NCBI GenBank assembly: GCA_965649765.1
Contig: OZ287758.1
Span: 50,220,001 to 50,284,000, forward strand
Direction: 5' to 3'
Length of the DNA stretch: 64,000 nucleotides
DNA from: Bispira polyomma
Lineage: Eukaryota
Shown: in pieces, positions 37,701 to 49,751 of the stretch
Numbering within the stretch: the first letter of the stretch is position 1
How the letters are laid out: each line of letters begins with the position of its first letter
Translations under genes and position numbers: made by a program
Notes under the pieces: model-generated
Seen by the model: the letters and a program-made list of their open reading frames with translations, nothing else
The model's database searches: none
Told to the model about the DNA's origin: nothing

Positions 37701-39455
37701 ATGGTTTATACTTGTATTTATGTGAAAATGTATATAGCTTTATTGGTGTCATTAAAACCTATTATTGTTACTTTGTTGTTATTACTACCTTGGTTACTAA
37801 CGGAGCTTAACGGAGCTCAATATTACACCTCAGTAGCTTGTAAACAGATATCCACTGGTTTTAAGATGGAAAGATCTGATTACTTGAAAACCTTAAACCT
37901 TATCAAGGAGAAGGCTAAGATAGCCACTCCAGGGATACTTCTCCCTGGCAAAACCATGGAGGCCCTGATAGGCCACACTGTAGTTAATCTATCTGATTTT
38001 AAACTCAGTGAGGCCCAACTAAGTGCACTTCAAAAAGGCTTGACATTTTGCCCAACCCCAGGCCCACCAAACAAATCAAAAATTTGGTTGGACTTCAAGG
38101 AATTCCACAGACGTCTTTGCCTAAAATATCATTTTTGCAATGACAATGGTCAACTCACTGATTTGAACCAATCTGACTCTGAAATACTTGAATTTTTGGC
38201 ATCTAACCTAGAGAAAAGTGAAAATCTTTATAAGGAGATTCACCAAAAATTGTTAACAAAAGTTCATGGAAACCGCCAAGAATACACCAATCTCTTGAAA
38301 TTTTCCAAAGAGCTTTAAATGTAGTCTCTTAAATAGTAAGATCCTACACAAAAGATCCAAAAATCTTACCAAGGCACAATATTCAGGCCTCAAGAAACTA
38401 ATGACAACCCAGACATTGTCATTAAAAAGGCAAATAAAGGCTCAGCAGTGGTGGTTATGAAGGACTTTTTAGACACAACAGTCAAATATAACCCACAGAG
38501 AGCTCATCACTACCCTGTACAATAAACCCACTGATACTCACTTGTATCTACACCACACCTCTTCACACCCAAAAAGTGTTTTGGATAAAGGTCCCTATGG
38601 GCAATACCTCAGACTCAGGCGCATATATGCACACTAGATGAGGATTTCACCAACAATGCCAAAAAACTCACTGAGTATTACCTTGCTCGAGGTTACCCCA
38701 TCAAATCACTCAGGGGTCACTTCAATAAAGCTAACAAATTTACTCAAGCACAATTACTTGTAGTAAATAAAATTGAGCAAAAAAGCCCTCCAGTTTTAGT
38801 GACTGAATACAACCCTATGAATCCCGACATTAAAGGGCTCATAAACCATAATTGGAACATTATCCAACACACAGATGACCTTAAGAAAATATTCAATGAA
38901 AAACCTATCATTGGATTTAAGAGGCTACCTAACCTCAGAGATAAACTTACCTCTGCTAAAATCCTATACCCTGCAGATTGTTGTGAAAGATCATTAAATG
39001 ATCTCCCACCTGTTTGCACCAGATTAGGCAAGTGCACATACTGCCCAAAACTTAAAAAACTGGATCAATTTACCAGTTTTCACACAAAAAAGGTTTACAA
39101 GTGTATTAATCTCCCACCAAAACCCCGTCTCACATGTGAATTAAATAATTTGATTTACATGATCAACTGTAATCAATGTGGATTACAATACATAGGGGAA
39201 ACCAAAAGGCCATTCAGACAAAGGATGTATGAACACATAAGAAGTGTTCATAATCCCAAACTACAATCATCCACCCCAGTGTCAAGGCACTTCAGTCAGA
39301 AACAACACTCTGCTAAAAATATGGAGTTCAGTATTGTCCATTGGTTAGGTTTGGATATTAAGGCAAATAGTACAGACCGACGCAGACGTCAGGAACTGTA
39401 CTATATATGGGCCTTGCCAACCCTTACCCCCACTGGGATTAATGTATTTGTGTGA
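37701..39455 (+). pseudogene. PLE reverse transcriptase/GIY-YIG ORF with RT core deleted and frameshifts
   Basis: VVNLSDFKLSEAQLSALQKGLTFCPTP...F.RRL.LKYHF; IVIKKANKGSAVVVM joined directly to DFLDTTV near 38461; LYNKPTDTHLYL; Cys linker CTRLGKCTYC; LIY...YIGET...R..EH GIY-YIG. Confidence 0.92.
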
Positions 39456-40239
39456 TGAGGCCCTCTTACCTGGCACCCTTACCCTAGTGCCCCCTTATCC
39501 CTGTATATGTGAAGACATGTTGGCCTTCTTTTCATCTTCCTGGGAAAACTGTCACATTTATGTTGATTTAAACTGTACCAGTTCCATGCACGAATTGTGC
39601 CATAGATTAGGGGCAAGTCCTATGACTAATACAATTTCACTAATTATACCTATTATAGAAGGGGGTTCCTCACTTCAGTGGCTCAGGAGAACTGATGAAT
39701 GTACAGATAAGAATGCCTCGAACAATTTTTCATTGAACAACAAACGGCATGTCTTTGGGCATTGCAGTTTTGGACAAATTTTTCACTTGGACACATAAAC
39801 CCATGCCATAATGCCAGCTGACTGATAAGTCAGCTGATATAAGAAGGGCATTAAGTGTTCAGTCCCTTCTCTAAATATACTATTTGACAGTAATCAATAA
39901 CTTTGCAAAACAGTTGTCACATCATTACAAGACATGTAAAAACAATTTATAAACTTAATCTGTACATCAAAATTCAAATAGTATACATTCTTATGATATC
40001 AATGTAGATAATAAATAGTGTAAAGACTTATCGTTTATGTATTAGCAAAAGAATGTTATTTTTAGCCAAATTTAGCAACTAATAATAACTAAAATAATGG
40101 CAGTTTTTGTGTGTCCCCAGAAAACGTGAAAAAATTTGCTGCTGAAAGTAAGACTGCGATAGGTGAAGTGACTTTGATTGCGTGCACAAAAGAATTGTAA
40201 AAGTAGAGAAAAACTACACAAAATTGCAATCTAGAGGAG

Positions 40240-40985
40240 GTCTTGCAAATTGCATTTAACTAAATGTTTTCCAGACATTGGCCATTTTGATAAAAATTTT
40301 TAGAGTTTGGGGTCATGTGACTTGACAGCCTCAAAGAGTGTAATAGCTGACTCAATCAGACATAAAAGAAAATTTGCAAGAATAGGCTGTATCTTGCTCT
40401 GTTTCTGAGATATCGGCCGTTTTTTGGGAATTCATTTTTGGCGAAAATTTAAAAATTGGCAAAAATAAAAAAATTTGGCTCCTTGCCAAAAGTTGCCGGT
40501 AGAGTGCTGATCAGCCCTAATGGGCTGAAAATTTGCTTTAAATTGCTCTATCTCGCTCAGTTCACGAAATATTGCCCGTTTTAGCAAAATTACTCAAGTA
40601 AAATCACAAAGTGCTTATTATTTGGCCAATTTTTATTAGATCGGTCCCAACAGCGACTGGGCCCAATATTTTGACCTCAGGCAGCCGCCTCCCAAATTTC
40701 GTAGCCTTTTGTACTTCCCGAAAAAAAGAGGGCAAAAGATAAATTAAATTTTTGAGTTATGTGACCTTGAGAAAGATCAAAGGTCAGTGTAGGTCATCTG
40801 GAAAAAAATCCCAGGCCTATACTATATGTATTCCAAATGTGAGATAAATTGGCCCAGCCAGTAAGAAGTTTTTCAAGCGAGACGATAAGTCTAAGGCTGG
40901 TGGAGCCGGCAGAGCCGGCGCAACTGCAAGTTAGAAAAACCAACCCAGAAACAAATAAGCACCCCTGACAGAGATTTTTATTCAG
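40240..40985. mobile_element. Non-autonomous DNA element (HINE/MITE-like) relic
   Basis: Repeated ctctatctcg...gagatat(c)ggcc and tgacct...aggtca motifs shared with 53860-54520. Confidence 0.35.
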
Positions 40986-41339
40986 GAATGATCACTAGTT
41001 CAGGTATTCCAGTATTAACATTTTACGTATACACCAAGGTGAAATGTAACAAAATTCTCAATTGTCACTACATAAAAGTGTAGCAGAACTTTAAATATTA
41101 TAAATGGAGATTACTAAACCTTGTGCATTGGAAGAATTGATGCATATTTGTATCCACTAGAAAGATAATGGATACTTATGCTGAAGGCTCAAAAAACAAC
41201 GTAAAGTGGCAAGTGGAGTTTTTGGCACAACATACAAATTTACAAAAACATGAGCCATAAATTCCAATTGAATGAGCCCTGTAAGGTTGAATTTAATCAC
41301 CAGGAATTGATTTTTGTTTAAGTCACTTTCAAGAGCCAG

Positions 41340-41500
41340 ATTCATCTTTTGACAGGTACTTCCATGGGTAGCAAGAACCAGTACATACAAGTTGGTCAGG
41401 ATTCTGCACTGGAAACCACCAACCATATCCTAGGATCAAACTCATGCTGGCAGAGATGGGGGCAAGTGTCTTACCACTACACAACTGAGGCCCTGCTACT
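41340..41500 (-). mobile_element. tRNA-derived SINE
   Basis: Reverse complement gggcctcagttgtgtagtggtaagacacttgccc...gagtttgatcct, giving an A/B-box tRNA head. Confidence 0.55.
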
Positions 41501-43175
41501 AGCCCATAAATTCGTATTAAGTGGTTTCACATCCTCAATCATTAAGAACAATAATAATTAGATACAGACACTTCTAGCTGCTGACTTCCCCCTTTAACCT
41601 TTAATGAGGGGTCCAAGGTCATACCTGACAATGTCAAATGATTCCAACTCATGATACCCTGTAAGTTTGCTTCACACCCACAAACTCTGTGACAAAGAAT
41701 AAGCAAGATATAGGTTATTTTACTAATGATATCCCGTGAAATGCTAACACAAATTATTATTCAGTTCAAGGTTTGGCAATGAGAAGAAATTTAAAGCAAG
41801 AAATGGGATAACTATGAAAAAACTACAATGTTTTGGTCTTAAATCATCTTATAATTCTGTGCCTGACTTACCAAGTGAGTCAGAAGATGCCACTGAATCT
41901 GGTATTGTTTCTAAAAATATAAATGAATAAATTAAACCATATATGACAAGATCTGGCACAGTAAATACCTGCTACATATTTGTATCTACTAGAGAAACCA
42001 ACAAAGTTTGATGATGGGTGTTAAAGTCAAATGTGACCCCCTAAGATTCACAATGTGACCCTTAAGATTCACAGCTCAGTAAAAATAGGCTACATGTAAA
42101 CATTTAAAAGCTTTAAAATAAGTAATAAGGCAGATGTAAGTGGTTTTCATGTTATAACATCTGTTTGACCAAAGGAGGGACTCAAGGTAAAATTCATGAC
42201 CCCATTAGAAAGGAAAGGGAAAGCGGAAATTCCTAGCACTTACTTTTGAGGTTGCATCAACATGAATATTTATATCAACACATATTAGGAATTTAGTACT
42301 GACAAGAAAAGGAACTCAAAAGAGTAAGCCATTCATCAAAAACTGACACTTGTAGGTATTTCAATATAATAAAATATTAAGAAAGATTCAGAGTTGGCAA
42401 TCACAAAGGGTAATCTACTAGTGGCGTAGTATATTTATGGTACATCTGAATCACATCCTTTCTATAGTCAAGGAGAAATCTGTCAAAGAGCGTCGAAATT
42501 TCAATACTTCTGGGGAAGAAGGGTGTACCTCACGTCCAGTGGCTCTGCAGAACAGAGAAACAGACAGATCTCAAGGCCGCAAACAGTTTTTCATTGTGGA
42601 TGCCTAAAGTATCTTCTATAACACACCCAGAAACCCAGATGGTCACTACTGCAGTTTCTGAGCATATATTTGGAGAAAAGGAAGAAAGCTCTAAACTTTT
42701 CCCCAACAACTCCAAAATGTTTTGACTTAAACAGTCATCTGTACAAAAGTCAGTAAATAAAGGTTATCAATTAACATTGGGTGAGTAACTTTGAACTGAA
42801 AATGATAAATAACACCAAAAAGAAATCAAGATTTAATAATGACGCTTTTCATAGTGAACCCCATTTTGTTCTCACTTATAAGGTCTTACCAGATGGAAGG
42901 TCCCAGATGTGATAACAAAAGAAAATGGACTTGCGTCAAGTATGGATACTACACTACAGAATGGTGTGAGAATTATATTTGTAGCATTTGAAATTTAATG
43001 TGGAACAGCCACTTAGAAGTGCTTAGCTTGAATCATAGAAAGAGTCTAATTTCCATGACGAACATCTGACTAAAAAGAACAGAAAAAATACAATTTACTA
43101 AAAAATTTAGCATACATTACATTGTATAGTTTTTAAAATGGCTTCTCCAAATTGGCTTATAATTGCACTCATAAC

Positions 43176-43880
43176 TGTTATGGTCACAGGAGCAAGTGCG
43201 GTAGCAATTACCGGTTGCTTTCAAGTTGTAACAGGAAAAAACAAAAAGTTTTACTTAAACAAATTTATTTAACAATAAAAATAACAATCTTAATAGTTCA
43301 TACAATAATACAATAATGAAACAAATCTGACCTAACCACAGTCCAGTCCCTATAATTAACAGTTAAACAAGTTTGTCCACTGTATCCAGCAATCTGTCTT
43401 GAGATCCGTGTGGTGTCCACTAACACACAATGCCTGTTATCCGTTCCGTGTCCATGACCACAAAAAGTATATATCCAGAGAGTCTGCACAGCTAAGCTCT
43501 CCAGTTCAGGATGCAAACAATATCCAATATGTAGCAGTTCCACTCTCCGGTAAATCCTTAACTTCATACCCAGTTCACTCCAATGAGTTCACCACAAAAC
43601 GTATATAATAACCAGTTTATATCCACTTGTCACAGAAATAAAGTGTTTTACAATATAGCAGTCTGCATAGCATACTAACTCAACAAACTCCAGTCTGTGG
43701 CCAGGCTTTCAACCCTTATATACTACAGCTATAGAAGGCTCTAGAGTATGTAAACAACAGTTGCTAGAAGGTTCAGGAATGAAATGTAAACAGGTCAACA
43801 CAACTCCAATAAAACCCTACACAGAACTAGTTGTTTAGTAACTATCCAAGTAATTAAATGCATAAATGACAAATGTAACA
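43176..43880 (-). mobile_element. Second, diverged copy of the 30206 LTR
   Basis: tgttatggtcac...ggtagcaattaccggttgctt..gttgtaacaggaaaa is colinear with 30206-30860. The right end is uncertain. Confidence 0.8.
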
Positions 43881-45269
43881 AATATTAAAAGAAACTTGAA
43901 GGAGATATGGGGGTACATATGTATAAAAGACCACATTTGACCTAGAAGGAGGGGTCTAAGGTCAAATCTAACACCACTAAATGTTTGAGCCACATAATTT
44001 TCCATAGCTTGTCTTACATCCTAAACCCGTAGGTCCAATATTAAAGGAGAGGACATTAAAAGAAGCCCATAAGCTTGTCTTATCATCCCGAACCGGTAGG
44101 TCTTATAATAAAGGAGGGGCATTAAAAGTAACCCATAAGCGACTCAAAATTGACCTTGAATAAAGAGGTCTAACTTCTACTTATTTATAGTGAAAATATA
44201 TGTCTGGTATAAATGCCATGTATAGTTGTAGAAACACTAGGAAGGAACGGGCCTAAGGCAGGCCTAAAGTGATATGCGAGGTTCACAAAGTGGATACCAG
44301 TAGTCTATCATATTCTCACCCTCCAAAGCCAATTTGAATATTTTCATGAGATGGTGTATTACCGTGATAAAATATATCAATACACCATGTTACTGATAAA
44401 CCTATCCAATGATTGTTAATTTCAGAACCTATTTTTCAATCAAAATACCCTGCCACTGTTACACAATCAGTTTTATTGAAAATAACTGGATATTTTAACT
44501 TAACTATAGGCAAATACTATAACTTGATACACACAACAGATAGCCTTCAAACAAATGTTTTATTGCTGGAATATAATATACTTTTGTCGCCTTATTGCTG
44601 GATTTATAACAATAGGGCCACACTAAATATATTGCTATAATGTTCATATGGATAATACACAAAAGGTGTTGCCTTATTGCTGTATTTCACCATTTAAAAG
44701 TATGGCAAAACTTTTTTGCCATACTTTAGCCTATGCAAATAAGTGGATACACTTCATCCACAGGCCAAGGATACTGTTACTATGCACAGGCAAAACATCA
44801 GCACAAGATTTGATAATAAAGTAAACTTCTTACATTTTTCTTGTTTACTGGCACTTCTCTTTAGTACAATTCATAATCTTCAGGGTCTAATGAAGTGTCA
44901 TTCTATAGGCAAAGTATAGATAACAAATGTACTATTTTATGACCATATATCACAATGTGTAACAGACCACACTACAATGTCCAGTTGTACACTACAGTTA
45001 AGCCACTTTTCTCAAACCAATGACCATGTTAGTTTGAATTTCGGCCTTGACAGATGCAAAAAGGTTTATGGCATTCTTACTAAAGATTAGTATAAACTAG
45101 ACTTGACCAATATACTTTCACCGATATATGGTGGTCCATACACAAAACTAGATCTAGTGTATTGGAGACCTAGATATTACTGAAATCAAAGATCCAGGAT
45201 GTCGTAGTATTGAGATGTGGCAGTATATAAATATTGGAACAAATCAGTTAAACTTATTTACTTTGTCTA

Positions 45270-45940
45270 GTTTTTCTTTAAATAGGCCTATCACTGTTAT
45301 TTCCTTTACTGCTTGTGGAACACAGTAAATATTTTTGTCTATGTCAATTGAATGTCCTGTGTGCTGTATAAATGCGTTTACAATATCTTCAGACAGATTT
45401 CCGCTTCTCTAAAATAGGCTGGCTGTCCGATGCCTAATTGCTGTAGCTGTGATAATGGGAATGTTTATTTCTTGACATATTCCCTTATCTCGTTGTATCC
45501 AGTAATAGTATCTCCTGACTGTTTGGTGTAGCTAAAACAAATTCATTATTGTTTGCAACCCCAAACTTTGATCTACCAGCAAGACACTTCTCCAAGCCTT
45601 TGGGGATTAATTTTGGTACTAGTTTACTGCCCTTGCCCATTATATATACAACACTATACTTTTTAAGACAGTTTTTGTCATTGTCTGTCAATGTTCCATC
45701 ATCACTTAATTGATCAATTCACTCACTGATTCAAGAATTTTGTTCCAAATAATCTTGAATCTTCATCCTTGAAACTTCACTTCCTTTTCTCGAATTAAGC
45801 AGTGTCAACCTTGCTAAGAGATATTTCCGCAGTTTGATGTATTCCTTTCTTGTTGAGATGACCTTCACTGAGAACTGCCCCAATTCTGATGATATTGAAT
45901 TAATTAATTAAGGTCACATTCCAAAGTTTCTTTCTGTTGA
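45270..45940 (-). pseudogene. Tyrosine-recombinase-family gene relic B (catalytic domain)
   Basis: LARLTLLNSRKGSEVSRM (box I Arg), VYIMGKGSKLVP, ITATAIRHRTASL (box II), FIQHTGHSIDIDKNIY (GH and catalytic Tyr). Confidence 0.75.
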
Positions 45941-48369
45941 AAATACAAAAAAAACATGGAACTGCTTTCAGCATTTTTCATTATTTTTCCTCCAGATTTA
46001 GCGCTGTGTTGTGGGTCACCAGTCTGCCTTTTCATTCCAATAAAAATTCCCCTTTATGGAAATATTTGGTGGCAAAAAACCTATAGCCTAAAAAACAGGT
46101 GAAAAGATGATGCCATGAGCGTACAGGGAACAACAAAATTATCATATATATATATATGATTTTATATACCTTCACTATTTATAATTATCATGAATATATC
46201 ATTTTATATTACTTGACTGAAAAATTATATATCACTGGAAAACAAAACTACATAAACCAAATATAAGTTAAGTCTCCACACAGCAACTAGTAATTTTTTT
46301 ACATTATTTTTCCAGGAAAATTTACTGAAGCAACATCAAATTTTACATACCCACGGCAATCTTCCCTTTTAATCTAATATGCATACAATTTGTATGAAAC
46401 CCATTTGTGAAAGCATAAACATTTATTGAACGGATGGTACATTAAACAACAAATTTGTTAATGAACTAAATTAATTCATGTTAAATTTAAGCATTACGTA
46501 CGATAATGTGTGTGATGTACCACAAAGTGTGAGAAAGTCGTCTTTTTTTAAAACAGGTTCCATTCTGTGTGCATTAATACATAGTTTAGAGTTAAACTAA
46601 CAATTTCTCCTGCTAATATTTTTTTAATTCTGTGGGTAGTTATCAAGTAAATTCTTTATAAATTTAAGTATTTTTATCAAGAAATTTTGTATCAGATGTA
46701 GCACTAAAATAAGAAATTTTTGTAATTCAATATAGGCAAAAACATAAACCTTCATGATCATGGTGGCGATCTTGTTTTTCAATACAGGAGTTAAGGGGGT
46801 TTTTTTTAATTTGGATATTAGCAATCCTTGCTAACCACTTGGCCACCGCAGCTCCTATAGGAGTTAAGTATACTCAATAGCAAGCTTGCATTGCATTGAA
46901 CATTTCTTTAATAGCTAATTTGCATTGCAATGTACATTTCCTTAACATTTGGCATAAACCCCAAACTGGCACCATATGCCTTGCTATTGTTCTCTTAGTT
47001 TGCCAGTATATAGCAATATGTCAACACTACACTGTTGATATATTCCTGTTATATATAAGAAGATTGAATCACATCAAAACTGAAAGCCAAAGATGGCCAG
47101 TTGTTTTCACAAAAATGACCTTTGGTTAAGGCCTATCCACCATTTTGCCTTTTCAATAAGGGATTCGTTATAAAAATATATAATAATTCACTGATTGATT
47201 AATGGTATAATTTTAAACTTCTGTATTAAAGGCTGAATAAACAATCAATATATGGCAAACAAATATCAAACCTTTAAGAAATATGGCCAATAATCAGGGT
47301 CTAAAACTAACTTTCTTCACAAACAAAATTCTGTTTGTAACATTTTTCACGGCAACCAATGTTTAAAATTTGATAAGCACAGGCGTTTTAGGTCACAATT
47401 CTTAAGATTATTCGTACATCATACTTTCCATACATGTGAAGAAACACTTTGTACTCAATATCTTCAGAATTGTTGAGAAACAAATCTCACTTCTAATTAA
47501 CCTGTAGACATAGTTTCTCAAACCTACATCCCATGCCACATAGTATAAACAAAACTATTCTAAGAAAATAAATGCTTTTTGTCATGATCATTAGAAACAA
47601 CTATACATTTCAAGGAAGCATTCCTGTTCGTTTTGGAGCATGTCCAGCTCGTACACTACTAAACTGGGGCAAATATTAAATTTTAATATTTCCGGAAACT
47701 TTGATTGCATAGAGAACCTGAAAGCCAAAACTGTGTGTGCCTTAACTTTATCTTCTCTGCAAAAGCCTCATCACTTCGCAGCAGCTGTAAAAGTGTTCTT
47801 GAAATATGTTATCAACGTAGCAAGCGTAACATCTAAATTATTTATGTTGCAAACAGTGATTAGTTTTGACATAATATATGCATCAATATTGCATAAAACA
47901 ACAATACACAGCACAAGCTTTCCATTAATACCATTTAAATATGTATAGTTATGGAAAAAGTATTTATGAAGATCTAGAAAGAACATATTGGCTTATAATT
48001 TGCCTTCATTGTTATTGTAACAACATTGTTGCTCTCAGTGAAATTGAAATGTTCTCAGTAAAAATTAATTAGCCACTAGAAAAATTTGCACCTTCAACAT
48101 AAAAACAATCAACAGAAAAGTTACAGCTTGTGCTGAAAAATGACAGTTAATTGTAATGGACTAACTGTGACGTTTAGTAATACCCAACTGGAAATGGCAG
48201 TCAAAAACAAATCTACTGATACAAAACATCTCAAATATCTGTGAAATGTTCTAAAAGTATGTACAAAATGTATAAAGTTCATATTTTGAACTAATATAGT
48301 GGTTTGCAAAAGTTGTTTGCAGAAATAGACGAAAGAATAGCATAAAATACTATTAGGAACTGTACCTAA

Positions 48370-48995
48370 GATCTCACCACTGGAAAGACTTAAAGCATAT
48401 AAAGCCGTGCTTAGTTGTTACAGCTAACACTCATTAATCTCACACCTATAGCATCAAAGTAAAGATTCCCATCATCAGCACTATATTGACAATTATATTA
48501 ACAACATGTCTGCTAAAAATATGTATCGCATGGTTTTTCAAATAGTACATTCTACCACAGAGCTACAATGATTGATATAACCCTGGCAGGAATTAAACCT
48601 AAGACCTCACCACTGCTAGGACCTGAGACATATAAAGCAGTGATTGTTCTGGCAACTAATATTCACTAATCATACAAAGACTTGAAACATATAAAGCAGT
48701 GATTATTTCTTTCAGCTAACAGTCATTGTTCTGACACCTATACCAGCAAAGTAAAGATTCCCATCATCAGCACTATATTGACAATTATATTAACAATATG
48801 TATGCTAAAAATATGTATTGCACTGTTTTTCAAATAGTACACTCTACCACAGAGCTACAATGATTGATATAACCCTGGCAGGAATGAAACCTAAGAGCTC
48901 ACCACTGCTAGGACCTGAGACATATAAAGCAGTGATTGGTTCTTGCAGCTAATACTTATTAATCTCACACCAATAGCTGTAAAGATTCCGATCAA
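48370..48995. repeat. Tandem duplication of about 290 bp
   Basis: caaagtaaagattcccatcatcagcac...ctcaccactgctaggacctgagacatataaagcagtgatt occurs twice, plus partial units. Confidence 0.85.
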
Positions 48996-49751
48996 CAGCA
49001 TAAATTAACTTACAATATGTCTAAGAACCAAGTAGAACTAAAATAAAGAACACTCATTGTCAAATTTCAATTATATCAAGTCTACTTTAAATTACTGAGA
49101 AAGTATTTAAATAATTTTAATGGAATTTTTAGTCGAGGTGTGGTATTAAAATATTGTGTACACTACATGTAATGTTATGTTGCAATATATATGCATTATT
49201 TATGTTATTTCTGAACCACTAAATTTAAAGTTTAAAGAATATAGACCTCCACCACTGGAGTATATTTTGGCATTTTCGTATTTTAAAAAATATCAATATT
49301 TGTCCTCGTATACCATTCACAAACATGACACATTACACATACACAGAAGGAATCAATACTACTATCTTTCATACCACCAGATAAACAATGATTTCAGTAT
49401 TATTTTATGATTTCCTTTTAATAAAATTCAATAAACTCAAAAAAAACTATTCGGACATACACAAAGTTGATATATTACAAATTAAACACGGATGTTTGAG
49501 TTACTTTTTTTCAGTTAAGATAGTTTATTTTATCAATGTTCCGTGTATTTTTGGGCACATTAATTTTATAGATTTGTTCATAGTTGATAAAATCCATTCA
49601 AAATAACTATTGAAGTTGTATTGATAATTAGCGATGGTATTATAATTGTAAAGGTCATCACTGGAATTGCCCATTGTGATTTGACCTGCTACATAATAAA
49701 AGCAATGTTGAATCCAAATAAATTAAATTAATGTGCATAATTTTATTTTAG

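Larger units (their letters stand above)
33306..39503. mobile_element. Penelope-like (Neptune-type) retroelement insertion, two divergent arms, 15-bp TSD
   Basis: tatatgtgaagacat at 33291-33305 and 39504-39518. Inverted repeats 33306-33428 / 36747-36880 and 35720-36736 / 38489-39502. GIY-YIG and RT motifs, two hammerheads. Confidence 0.93.

Noticed and set aside
39442-39798. 118-aa ORF crossing the right PLE boundary
   Set aside because: Chimeric across the TSD; flanking sequence shows no identifiable homology.
41872-42720. Isolated exon-like segments (41872-41912 minus; 42467-42720 plus)
   Set aside because: No coherent gene model or recognisable domain.
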